DNA from: Acholeplasmataceae bacterium UBA6181 | Lineage (GTDB): Bacteria > Bacillota_I > Bacilli_A > Acholeplasmatales > Acholeplasmataceae | DNA length: 53,249 bases | Assembly: GCA_002422135.1 (NCBI GenBank) | Contig: DITP01000092.1 | Span: forward strand, 1-53,249 | Direction: 5' to 3' | Shown: positions 8,912-17,809 of the stretch, piece after piece | How the letters are laid out: each line of letters starts with the position of its first letter | Position numbering within the stretch: the first letter of the stretch is position 1 | Translations under genes and position numbers: made by a program | Notes under the pieces: generated by a model | Database searches by the model: none | What the model was told of the DNA's origin: nothing | Seen by the model: the letters and a program-made list of their open reading frames with translations, nothing else

Positions 8912-8938
8912 AGTAAAGAAAAGGACAATGAATGTCCT
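8912..8938 (-). terminator. Weak terminator-like hairpin between rnfB and apbE
   Basis: Minus strand: AGGACA-ttcat-TGTCCT followed by TTTCTTTAC. Overlaps the rnfB stop. There is no promoter space before the apbE SD. Confidence 0.4.
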
Positions 8939-9254
8939 AAATCTTCACATCAACAGCAGAGCCATCCGGATTTGGATGATCCTTTAAATACTCTAAAATA
9001 GGATTGTAATGTTTATCTACTTTTCCTGGTTTACATCTTGATAAGTTTTTTACTTCACCATTCACAATACCAGTAGCAAAAGCACGACAACCAGGAGTTC
9101 CGCATGCACCACAATTATAATTAGGTAATAATTTTTCAATATCATCAATGCGTGGATCTTCTTTTACTGATAGATATTGGTTAGCAAGTGACAAAATAAT
9201 TCCAAGAATAATTCCAAGTCCACCAAGAACAATGAAAGGATATAAAATGGTCAT
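8937..9254 (-). CDS. rnfB: Short RnfB: TM anchor plus a single N-terminal 4Fe-4S domain; polyferredoxin domain absent
   Basis: 105 aa. TM ILYPFIVLGGLGIILGIILSL, then C48-x2-C51-x4-C56-x17-C74 (NCGACGTPGCRAF...SRC), typical of the RnfB N-terminal Fe-S domain. There are no CxxCxxCxxxCP ferredoxin motifs downstream. Confidence 0.7.
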   Translation of the reverse strand: MTILYPFIVLGGLGIILGIILSLANQYLSVKEDPRIDDIEKLLPNYNCGACGTPGCRAFATGIVNGEVKNLSRCKPGKVDKHYNPILEYLKDHPNPDGSAVDVKI

Positions 9255-9463
9255 TCCGGTTTTACCTCCTTCATGAATTCGATAGCGTCATTAAAACCAC
9301 AACCTCCACCACGAGAAGCACATGATTCACAAGATTGAGCTTCTAAGTAAGCTGCTTTACAACTTTCAGGAACTGCAATCTTCTTATTTAAATGCATCGT
9401 AAGCATATAAAGTCCAATAAAACCTGAAATGATGCCAATTAAAATTAAATAACTCGTCCACAT
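9251..9463 (-). CDS. 70-aa single-TM Cys4 micro-protein inside the rnf operon
   Basis: TAATG junction with rnfA at 9463-9465 and ATGA overlap with rnfB at 9251-9254. TM (SYLILIGIISGFIGLYMLTM), then HLNKK, then C35-x9-C45-x2-C48-x6-C55. Confidence 0.6.
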   Translation of the reverse strand: MWTSYLILIGIISGFIGLYMLTMHLNKKIAVPESCKAAYLEAQSCESCASRGGGCGFNDAIEFMKEVKPE

Positions 9464-10035
9464 TATATAATACCTGCCAATCCCATAAATGCTAATGCCA
9501 TTAAACCAGCAGTCACTAAAGCTATTGGCATACCTTTAAGTGCTTTAGGGACGCTTGCTGAATCCAAACGCACACGAATTGCTGTAAACGTAATGATGAT
9601 AAATGCATAACCCAAACCACCACCAAGCGCATTAAATAAAGCTTCGAGATAAGTTTGATCAATGGTAATGTTTGTTAATGCAACACCTAATACCGCACAG
9701 TTGGTTGCAATAAGTGGAAGGTAAACACCAAGTGCTTTATATAAATTTTGTGAAAACCGTTTAATGACTAATTCCGTTAATTGTACTAAAGACGCAATGA
9801 CCAAAATAAATGCAATCGTATCAATGTACTGAATTTCTAATGGAACTAAGACATATTTGTATAGGGGAAAGGTGATTGCTGCCGCTAAGAAAATAACAAC
9901 AATTACAGCTGCACCCATCCCAAGAACAGATTTCATCTTTGTTGAGACACCAAAGAATGAACAAAGACCTAAGAACTGCATCAATACGATGTTGTTAACA
10001 ATCATCGCAGAAATTAATATCGCAATTAAGTTCAT
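9463..10035 (-). CDS. rnfA: Rnf complex subunit A
   Basis: 190-aa polytopic NqrE/RnfA-type protein (NNIVLMQFLGLCSFFGVS..., GVYLPLIATNCAVLG). Confidence 0.9.
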   Translation of the reverse strand: MNLIAILISAMIVNNIVLMQFLGLCSFFGVSTKMKSVLGMGAAVIVVIFLAAAITFPLYKYVLVPLEIQYIDTIAFILVIASLVQLTELVIKRFSQNLYKALGVYLPLIATNCAVLGVALTNITIDQTYLEALFNALGGGLGYAFIIITFTAIRVRLDSASVPKALKGMPIALVTAGLMALAFMGLAGII

Positions 10036-10724
10036 TATTTCTTAGCCCCCTTTGCTTGTCTAACTGCAACAATCACGGCTAGAATAAAACCAATCACCAA
10101 GAAAGCTCCTGGAGGTTGAACAAGCACTGAAAATGCATATTTATCTAATCCAGAATTGCCCAAAACAGTGTATTCAAATCCAAGTGGTAAAATCTTACCT
10201 AATTGGATCATACCTGTGCCTAAAAATTCTCTAAAGAATCCAATAATTACGAGTGCTAAACCAAAACCAACTGCTACACCCATTCCATCAAGTGCAGATT
10301 TACCAACTGAGTTTTTAGATGCAAATGATTCAGCGCGTCCGAAGACTACACAGTTTACAGTGATTAAGGCAATGAAAACACCTAGTTCAGCGGCAAGCGC
10401 AGGAGCGAAGGCATCAACAAGCATCTTAATAATCGTAACTTCTGTGGCAATGATAATGATATATACGGGTATTCTTACAGTATTTGGTACTACTTTTCTA
10501 ATCGCAGATACTGAGATATTAGTCATTGTAAGTACGAGGAACACAAGAATTCCCATTCCAAATGCACCTTCGAAAGTTGATGTTACTGCAAGTGCAGGAC
10601 ACATTCCGAGAACCATCACGAAAATGCCATTTTCTTTCCAAATACCTTTAGTAAAAATATTTAGAAGTGAATCTTCATTTTTTTCAGCTGTCTTTTTAGC
10701 TGGAACTTTTTTAGCATCAGTCAT
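10035..10724 (-). CDS. rnfE: Rnf complex subunit E
   Basis: NqrD/RnfE-type (LGMCPALAVTS, ALITVNCVVFGRAE) with a Lys-rich N-terminal extension of about 20 aa. TAATG junction with rnfA. Confidence 0.9.
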   Translation of the reverse strand: MTDAKKVPAKKTAEKNEDSLLNIFTKGIWKENGIFVMVLGMCPALAVTSTFEGAFGMGILVFLVLTMTNISVSAIRKVVPNTVRIPVYIIIIATEVTIIKMLVDAFAPALAAELGVFIALITVNCVVFGRAESFASKNSVGKSALDGMGVAVGFGLALVIIGFFREFLGTGMIQLGKILPLGFEYTVLGNSGLDKYAFSVLVQPPGAFLVIGFILAVIVAVRQAKGAKK

Positions 10725-10725
10725 G

Positions 10726-11706
10726 TTAGTTCACCTCACTTAGTGCAGATAACAACGAATCAATCAGTGCTTTAGAACCGGTTGCACCTGTCTCTAGGTC
10801 TGCATTATCATCGATTACTGCTTGAATTTCTGAAATCGTTAAACCAATAAATTCACTTAAGTACGCATCATTTCTAGCTTTAAATCCCGCAGTGTGACCA
10901 TATAGCGAATCAGGCATTAAGATGGCAATAATCTCTTCATTTTCATCGAATAATACATACATTGTAATTGATCCAGATGAGATGCCATCATAGCCTAGAT
11001 ATTCACCAGTACCCTTAAGTTCATAAATAGTACCTGTAGGATTACCAGCAGAATCTTTAACATTTTGTTTATAGACAACTTTATCTGCCGGAATAAAAGT
11101 TGAATCATCTTCTAATGAATAACCTTCACCAAAATAATCAGTATAAGGATCATCTTGAATATTGAAGTGTACCTTTAGAGTTCTAATAATAAGATTTTTA
11201 ATTGCGCCTGTACTATCAACAGCGGTTGCTCCCGCTTCTAAATCGGCTGCATCATATGATGGGAATTTTTCAATTTGTTCAAGTAGAACACCATCATAGT
11301 ATTCAACAATATATTTTTGAATACCTTTTACTGTCCAATTCGATTGATTTAGAATCACAATTTCGACATAAACCAAATCTTCTTGATCAATACCGATAAG
11401 TAACTCAATCATGCCATTCGCATCGTCTGAAGATAATTTATAACCATTTTTAATTTTGACATTGTAAACAGTCCCTAAAACTTCACCAGATCTTGTAACT
11501 GCATCGGCTTTGTAATCGATTGTTGCATAACTATTCCCAGCAGGAACACCTTCAATCGTCTTTTGATTTTCAAGATTAACTACTTGGTTAAATAAACGAT
11601 CCTTAGGTTCTTTTGGAATTACAGTATTCGCTACAATAATTAAGAGAATACCAATGACAAGCATAATGCCTGTATTAATTAATAACCATAAGTTTTCTTT
11701 TTTCAT
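10726..11706 (-). CDS. rnfG: RnfG paralogue 2, two FMN_bind-like modules
   Basis: 326 aa. Signal anchor, then module 1 ending DLEAGAT (aa 155-161), linker DPYTDYFGEGYS, and module 2 with YGHTAG and DLETGAT (aa 303-309). Confidence 0.75.
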   Translation of the reverse strand: MKKENLWLLINTGIMLVIGILLIIVANTVIPKEPKDRLFNQVVNLENQKTIEGVPAGNSYATIDYKADAVTRSGEVLGTVYNVKIKNGYKLSSDDANGMIELLIGIDQEDLVYVEIVILNQSNWTVKGIQKYIVEYYDGVLLEQIEKFPSYDAADLEAGATAVDSTGAIKNLIIRTLKVHFNIQDDPYTDYFGEGYSLEDDSTFIPADKVVYKQNVKDSAGNPTGTIYELKGTGEYLGYDGISSGSITMYVLFDENEEIIAILMPDSLYGHTAGFKARNDAYLSEFIGLTISEIQAVIDDNADLETGATGSKALIDSLLSALSEVN

Positions 11707-12668
11707 CCGAGAACAACCTCCTTCAATGCTGCCATAAGTTGATTAGCTAAATTTTTTGAATTAGTTGCTCCTGATGTTAAATCAGCACCTGTAGTTTCAA
11801 CATCACTTAATGCTGTATTGGTGTAGACTTCAAGGAATGTTATTGTGTTTGTGTATAATCCACCTGCTGTATGATTGTATTCATTCAAAGGTGCAACAAT
11901 ACCCAGTATGTTATTTGTCAGATCAACACCAACATAAAGAGTGATATCTTTTTCTTCAGTAGATTCGCTGTTATAAATGCTAAACCCGTTTAATTTATAG
12001 AGATATGCAATGTCAGTTCCATTAGAATCTTTTACAAGCTCTCTTGATTTGACAAATTCAGTTGCTGTAAATGAAGAATCAACTTCTTTACTAAAACCTT
12101 CACCAAACATTTTTGTATATGGATCAGCTGGAACATCTGCAACTTCTGCATGCACGGTTGCAACATCTGTTAATAATGCTTTCACTGTATTTAAACTATT
12201 TGTTACACCACTCACTAAATCTCCATCAGGAGAAAGTGCGCTGATTTGTGTACCAACAAATGCGGATAAATTTTGACGTGTGCCTTCGACATTCAATGTT
12301 TGTTGAATGTCAACGAATTGAGCACCCAAAATCTTTCCTTTGGCATCAATACTAATAGCAATCGTCATAGAACCATGCTTATTTGTGCCTGATGCAACAT
12401 AAATATATCCAATAACTTGATTTGAACCATCTAAACCTTTAACTACTGTCGTAATTGATACTGGTACGTTATTAAGTTTAATTTCTTCAAATGTTTTACC
12501 CGCAGGTAATACTTCTTGATATGCTTTATTTTGAGCATCAATCAAATTTTGCTTAATAACTGGAGCAGTAATTGCATTGACACCTCCAATCAATAAGCCA
12601 CATACGATGGCAACAATCGTTAATACTGTTGTGTAATGAACAAGAGGTTTTTTAAAAAATTCTTTCAT
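11703..12668 (-). CDS. rnfG: RnfG paralogue 1, two FMN_bind-like modules
   Basis: 321 aa. Signal anchor, then module 1 ending DLVSGVT (aa 150-156), linker DPYTKMFGEGFS, and module 2 with YNHTAG and DLTSGAT (aa 296-302). Confidence 0.75.
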   Translation of the reverse strand: MKEFFKKPLVHYTTVLTIVAIVCGLLIGGVNAITAPVIKQNLIDAQNKAYQEVLPAGKTFEEIKLNNVPVSITTVVKGLDGSNQVIGYIYVASGTNKHGSMTIAISIDAKGKILGAQFVDIQQTLNVEGTRQNLSAFVGTQISALSPDGDLVSGVTNSLNTVKALLTDVATVHAEVADVPADPYTKMFGEGFSKEVDSSFTATEFVKSRELVKDSNGTDIAYLYKLNGFSIYNSESTEEKDITLYVGVDLTNNILGIVAPLNEYNHTAGGLYTNTITFLEVYTNTALSDVETTGADLTSGATNSKNLANQLMAALKEVVLG

Positions 12669-13744
12669 TATACACTACCTCCTACACCAAAAAATACGAC
12701 AAGGCCGAATACAATTAAGCCGATAACAAAACTAATTATAAATGCTGGCTTGAATTTATTGGTTGCCCATTGTGGGTAATCGATCAATGGAACAAACATA
12801 TTCATAAATAGAATCGCAAATGCAACTCCTTCTGGATAAGATCCGAATAGGCGAATCAGAACTACAATAACAGCAACTAAGGCACCATAAGCCAAACGCC
12901 CCGGACGTGTTACGGGTGAAGTTACTGGGTCTGTAATCATAAAGATGAAACCAAACATGAGTCCGCCAGAAAGTAAATGCATCAATGTATAAGATAATAC
13001 TTGATCAGGATAAAGTCTTAAACCTGCTAAAGCAATCAACAAAATAAATGTAAAAAACGCAGAAAGAACAACACGATAATCAGCGGAGCGACGAATCAGT
13101 AAATAAACGCCACCAATTAAAATAGCTAAAGCGCTTATTTCACCCATAGCACCGGGTGTGAAGCCCATAAACATATCCATAAGTGGATAACTATTTAAAA
13201 CGCCTGGGAATCCTAAACCACTTCTTAAAGTTGAAAGTGCAGTGCTTCCTGCAACTAAATCAACGCCAACATAAGTTCCTGTAAACATTGGTGTTAATGC
13301 AAGAGTAATAAATATCCGACCAACAGCTGCTGGATTAAAAATGTTTGAGCCTAAGCCACCAAATAGCATTTTACCAACAATAATACCAAATGCTGCCCCT
13401 ACAATCACTGCATAAATTGGAAGTTTAGATGGAATAATCATTGCAAATATTAATCCACTAATTGCAGGAGTAATGATATTGTTAATCGAAAATTCTTCAT
13501 ATCTCGATTTTAGTTTTTCAATTTTGGTTCCTTCTTTTTTCGCCTTATGCATCATTCCAAATGCTAAAGCCTCTAATCCAATCATCACAATTAGCGATAC
13601 GATAATTCGAATAATCGCATCAAATCCAAAGCGATAAATTGCAAAAGCGGTTACTGGTAATAATGCAATGAGAACGTCCGTCATCATTCGTTTGGTCGAA
13701 ACGGCTTTACGAATATAAGGACTTGTTTGTTTTACTGTTTGCAT
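12668..13744 (-). CDS. rnfD: Rnf complex subunit D
   Basis: 358-aa polytopic NqrB/RnfD-type protein (SPYIRK..., FNPAAVGR, DLVAGSTALS, ITDPVTSP). Confidence 0.9.
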   Translation of the reverse strand: MQTVKQTSPYIRKAVSTKRMMTDVLIALLPVTAFAIYRFGFDAIIRIIVSLIVMIGLEALAFGMMHKAKKEGTKIEKLKSRYEEFSINNIITPAISGLIFAMIIPSKLPIYAVIVGAAFGIIVGKMLFGGLGSNIFNPAAVGRIFITLALTPMFTGTYVGVDLVAGSTALSTLRSGLGFPGVLNSYPLMDMFMGFTPGAMGEISALAILIGGVYLLIRRSADYRVVLSAFFTFILLIALAGLRLYPDQVLSYTLMHLLSGGLMFGFIFMITDPVTSPVTRPGRLAYGALVAVIVVLIRLFGSYPEGVAFAILFMNMFVPLIDYPQWATNKFKPAFIISFVIGLIVFGLVVFFGVGGSV

Positions 13745-13755
13745 ATCATTTCCTC

Positions 13756-15054
13756 CTATTTGCTAGCAAAGCGTTTGCCAGAACGCATATATTCTGTCAA
13801 GTGAATCTTTGATGGACATACATATGAACATAATCCACATTCGATACACTTGCTAACTTCAAGCATCTTTAACGCATCTTTATCACGAACTTTATATGCA
13901 TTCATGATTTGGACGGGTTGAATTTGAACTGGACAAGAATATACACACGATGCACAACGAACACAAGGTTCCTCTTTAAGTACTTCTTCGTTCATCACAA
14001 TTAAACTGGTTGTTGTATGGGTCATAACGATATCATCGCGATTGATGTTTGTTCCCATCATAGGTCCGCCTAAGATGAGTACTTTAGGTTTATCTTTATC
14101 GACATAACCACCAGCTAATTCAATTAAATCAGTCATTAAAGTACCAATACGAGCTCTAAAGGTTTTATTGTGAATGCCATCACCACTAAATGTAATGAAT
14201 CTTTCAAGTACAGGCAATCTCTTCTTAACTGCCATATAAATGCTTGCCAAAGTAGAGACGTTAAAATTTAAAACTCCATATTTTGATAGTAATTCTCCTT
14301 GAGGAATCTTTATATTTAAAGCTTCTTTGATCATGGCAAGTTCCCAACCTTGAGGGTAATAGTTGCCTACGTTTATAACTTCAATGTTTTCATTTGGGAA
14401 TTCTTTAAGTTTGAAACTTAAACGTTCATAGAGCTCAACATATTTTTTCTTGATGGCAATAACACCACGTTTAGCACCAGAAGATTTCATGGCATACATC
14501 AATCCACGAATAATCATTTCAGGACTTGTCATCATTAATCCATAATCACTGATTAAATTAGGTTCACATTCGACGCCATTGGCAATCACAACATCAATTG
14601 GATCTTTAGAATCCAATTTAATATAACTCGGGAATGCGCTCCCACCTAATCCAACTAAACCAGCTTCTTTTACAATTTCAACATACTCATCTTTTGTTAA
14701 AGCTTCGATTTCTTCATCTGTCCGGTCAATAATAGATTCATAAAGTTCATATTTTTTATCGTTTTTAACGATTAAACAGTTAACTACTTTACCGCTTTGA
14801 TCGACATGATTTTCGTAACCGACAACTTCACCACTCACGGTAGCATGCATGGGTTGTTCGAAGAATGCACCTTTTCTTGTACCAATGACTTCTCCAACTT
14901 TAACAAATTGGCCACCTCTAACGCATGTTTCTCCTTCTGGACAACGCGCACTCGTCACTGGATAGTATAAATATTCTGCATCAAGGTAATGCAAGATTGG
15001 TAACTCTTTTAGATGCTTTTTCCCATCTGGGATATATCTTGTTCTTGCTATCAT
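13756..15054 (-). CDS. rnfC: Rnf complex subunit C
   Basis: NADH/FMN site GLVGLGGSAFPSYIK and two 4Fe-4S motifs, CVRCASCVYSCP and CIECGLCSYVCP. The ATG at 15054 is 3 nt after the glyA stop. Confidence 0.92.
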   Translation of the reverse strand: MIARTRYIPDGKKHLKELPILHYLDAEYLYYPVTSARCPEGETCVRGGQFVKVGEVIGTRKGAFFEQPMHATVSGEVVGYENHVDQSGKVVNCLIVKNDKKYELYESIIDRTDEEIEALTKDEYVEIVKEAGLVGLGGSAFPSYIKLDSKDPIDVVIANGVECEPNLISDYGLMMTSPEMIIRGLMYAMKSSGAKRGVIAIKKKYVELYERLSFKLKEFPNENIEVINVGNYYPQGWELAMIKEALNIKIPQGELLSKYGVLNFNVSTLASIYMAVKKRLPVLERFITFSGDGIHNKTFRARIGTLMTDLIELAGGYVDKDKPKVLILGGPMMGTNINRDDIVMTHTTTSLIVMNEEVLKEEPCVRCASCVYSCPVQIQPVQIMNAYKVRDKDALKMLEVSKCIECGLCSYVCPSKIHLTEYMRSGKRFASK

Positions 15055-15057
15055 CTT

Positions 15058-16305
15058 TTATACTCCCTTCGTGTATAATGGATATTTTTTAGTCAATTCA
15101 ATGACTTTTTTTCTAATGGTTTCGATCACAATAGGATCGTCTTTAGAACGTAATGCCCGATCGATGAAACTTGCAACAAGTCGCATGTCATCTTCTTTAA
15201 ATCCTCTAGTTGTAACTGCGGGTGTCCCCAATCGAATACCACTTGCATAAGCAGGCTTTTCAGTATCGAATGGTACACCATTTTTGTTGCATGTAATACT
15301 AACACGATGTAATGTATTTTCTGCATCAAGACCTGTAATACCTAATGTTTTTTTTACATTAACTAAAAATAAATGATTATCTGTTCCACCACTCACGATA
15401 GGATACCCTAACTTCATTAATTCATCCGCTAGTGCTTGAGCGTTTTTTACTACTTGTTTTTGATATTCAGTAAAATCATCATTAAGTGCTTCTTTAAATG
15501 CTACAGCTTTTGCTGCAATGACATGCATTAGTGGACCACCTTGAATGCCAGGAAATACTGCTTTATCAATCTTCTTCGCTATAGTTTCGTCATTTGTTAA
15601 GATAATACCTCCACGAGGTCCCCTTAACGTCTTATGAGTCGTTGATGATACGACATGCGCATAAGGAAGTGGAGAAGGATGAACTTTCGCAGCAACCAAT
15701 CCAGCAATATGTGCCATGTCCACATGTAAATATGCGCCAACTTCATCAGCAATTTCTCTAAAGCGTTTAAAATCAATAATTCTCGAATAAGCACTTGCGC
15801 CAGCAATGATGAGCTTAGGTTTAATTTCAAGTGCAATTTCTCTTAATTTTTCATAATCAATTTGTTCGGTAACTTGATCAACACCGTAAAAATAAGACTG
15901 ATAAAATCTACCAGAAAAATTTAAGTTAAACCCATGAGTTAAATGTCCACCCTCTGCAAGGGACATTCCTAAAATCTTATCTCCTGGATTTAACAACGCT
16001 TGATATACTGCCATATTTGCTTGTGAACCTGAATGTGGTTGAACATTAACATGTTTTGCATCAAACAATTTTTTTAATCGTTCAATGGCTAGTGTTTCAA
16101 TTTCATCTACAAACTCACATCCACCATAATATCGTTTTTTTGGATATCCTTCAGCATATTTATTCGTCAAAATTGACCCTTGTGCTTCTAAGACTGCAGG
16201 TGAAACAAAGTTTTCAGATGCAATCAATTCTATGTGCTCTTCTTGTCGATTTAGTTCTTTTTGGATAAAACTATCGATTTCGGCATCTTTCAATCGTAGA
16301 TTCAT
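15058..16305 (-). CDS. glyA: Serine hydroxymethyltransferase
   Basis: [20 protein letters not shown], and PLP-lysine context [14 protein letters not shown]. Confidence 0.96.
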   Translation of the reverse strand: MNLRLKDAEIDSFIQKELNRQEEHIELIASENFVSPAVLEAQGSILTNKYAEGYPKKRYYGGCEFVDEIETLAIERLKKLFDAKHVNVQPHSGSQANMAVYQALLNPGDKILGMSLAEGGHLTHGFNLNFSGRFYQSYFYGVDQVTEQIDYEKLREIALEIKPKLIIAGASAYSRIIDFKRFREIADEVGAYLHVDMAHIAGLVAAKVHPSPLPYAHVVSSTTHKTLRGPRGGIILTNDETIAKKIDKAVFPGIQGGPLMHVIAAKAVAFKEALNDDFTEYQKQVVKNAQALADELMKLGYPIVSGGTDNHLFLVNVKKTLGITGLDAENTLHRVSITCNKNGVPFDTEKPAYASGIRLGTPAVTTRGFKEDDMRLVASFIDRALRSKDDPIVIETIRKKVIELTKKYPLYTKGV

Positions 16306-16360
16306 TCTATCCTCCTCGATGATTCTTCAGTTTATTATAGCATAATAAAAAGCAAATTAA

Positions 16361-16393
16361 AAGAAGCATTCAGGTCACTGAAAACGCTTCTTT
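16361..16393 (-). terminator. Hairpin terminator after yebC
   Basis: Minus strand: AAGAAGCGTTTTCAG-tgac-CTGAATGCTTCTT followed by TTAATTT. An extended -10 (TGcTATAAT) for glyA follows. Confidence 0.45.
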
Positions 16394-16439
16394 TGTTTAG
16401 TATTTTACGGAATTTAAGTAACCTCGAAAAAACGTATTT

Positions 16440-17165
16440 TTATTCTTTGAAACTGATGTTATGATAAACGTTTTGGACATCGTCTATCTCATCTAACATA
16501 GAAATGAGTCGATCGAATTTATCTTGATCTTCTTCGTGGTCAAAAGATGTTTCCATAATTGGCAACCACATAATTTCTTCTGTATCAAAATCAAAATCAG
16601 GATAAACATCTAAAATCGCTTGGCGAATGTTATTAAAATTAGACGCATCACTATAAACTGTAACGCCTACATCATCTGTTTCTATTTCTTGAGCATCTAA
16701 ATCATTGGTTATTAAAATTTCAAGAACTTCATCCTCTGTTAATCCCGGCATTGTAAGAACAGCATAATGATTGAATTGGTGCATAACTGAACCTGAAACA
16801 CCTAACTTACCACCCGTTTTCGTAAAACAATTACGAACTTCTGCGATGGTCCGATTTGGATTATCTGTTAAACATTCGACAATAATCATTGAATTCCCAG
16901 GACCAAATCCTTCATATCTTGCTTCCGCGTAATTTTCATCGCTTCCACCTTTGGCTTTTTCAATAGCTCGTTTGATAACATCTGCAGTAACTTGTTCTTT
17001 TTTAGCTTTTTCAATAATTCGTTTTAATGTTTGATTAGTATCTGGATCAGGAGTTCCAGATTTAGCGGCCATATAGATTTCTTTGCCATATTTTGCATAG
17101 AGTTTACCTTTTGCAGCAGCAGTTTTTTGCATCGCTACTTTTCGTACTTCAAATGCTCTTCCCAT
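16440..17165 (-). CDS. yebC: YebC/PmpR family DNA-binding regulator
   Basis: MGRAFEVRK..., AKYGKEI..AAK, GPGN..I.VE. I placed the start at ATG 17165 (SD AAGAGGA). The track start overlaps ppa artificially. Confidence 0.9.
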   Translation of the reverse strand: MGRAFEVRKVAMQKTAAAKGKLYAKYGKEIYMAAKSGTPDPDTNQTLKRIIEKAKKEQVTADVIKRAIEKAKGGSDENYAEARYEGFGPGNSMIIVECLTDNPNRTIAEVRNCFTKTGGKLGVSGSVMHQFNHYAVLTMPGLTEDEVLEILITNDLDAQEIETDDVGVTVYSDASNFNNIRQAILDVYPDFDFDTEEIMWLPIMETSFDHEEDQDKFDRLISMLDEIDDVQNVYHNISFKE

Positions 17166-17169
17166 AAAA

Positions 17170-17718
17170 TTATTCCTCTTTCTTAGCTCTATCTTTAAAT
17201 TTTTCTTCGTAAGTTTCAATGCATGAATTGATAATCTTTTTAGCTTCTTCGACGCCTTCAATATCTAATATATATGTCTTTTTACCCTCTAACGATTTAT
17301 AAACTTCAAAAAAATGACTCATTTCGGTTAATAGATGCTGAGGTAATTCGCTAATATCTTTGTATTGTGTTAAGGATGGATCACCAAATGGCACAGCAAT
17401 AATTTTTTCATCGATTTCATCAGAATCAATCATTTTTATAACACCAATTGGATAGCAATTCACAATGGATAACGGTTCAATATCCTCTTGGCATAAAACT
17501 AAAACATCTAATGGGTCATTATCTCCAGCATATGTTCTTGGAATAAATCCGTAATTTGCCGGATAGTGTGTTGATGTAAATAAAATACGATCAAGAATGA
17601 TCATACCTGTTTCTTTATCGAGTTCGTATTTTTTTTTGCTGCCTTTTGAGATTTCAATACAGGCAACAAAGCGATCAGGCTTAATTCTTGATTTGCTAAT
17701 ATCATGCCAAATATTCAT
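17170..17718 (-). CDS. ppa: Inorganic pyrophosphatase (family I)
   Basis: EISKGSKKKYELD, YPANYGFIP.T...DNDPLDVLVL. Confidence 0.92.
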   Translation of the reverse strand: MNIWHDISKSRIKPDRFVACIEISKGSKKKYELDKETGMIILDRILFTSTHYPANYGFIPRTYAGDNDPLDVLVLCQEDIEPLSIVNCYPIGVIKMIDSDEIDEKIIAVPFGDPSLTQYKDISELPQHLLTEMSHFFEVYKSLEGKKTYILDIEGVEEAKKIINSCIETYEEKFKDRAKKEE

Positions 17719-17767
17719 AGGATATACTCCTTACTTTTTTACATTACTATTGTAACATTATATTATG

Positions 17768-17790
17768 AAAAAAATACCCAAAAAATGGGT
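17768..17790 (-). terminator. Weak terminator after folD
   Basis: Minus strand: ACCCA-ttttt-TGGGT followed by A then T7. Confidence 0.4.
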
Positions 17791-17809
17791 GCTCAATCAT
17801 TAAAATGTA

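Noticed and set aside
10156-10743. 195-aa ORF on the plus strand, antisense to rnfE
   Set aside because: It lies entirely inside a well-supported rnfE gene. It has no SD or promoter. Its Pro/Thr/Ser/Ala-rich, low-complexity composition is typical of the reverse frame of a hydrophobic membrane-protein gene.
16440-17261. Apparent 92-nt overlap of yebC with ppa, and similar long overlaps of tadA/tdk, folD/fhs, recF/yaaA and DUF1361/LtaS
   Set aside because: These are artefacts of taking the longest ORF with alternative start codons. Internal ATG starts with good SDs remove the overlaps.
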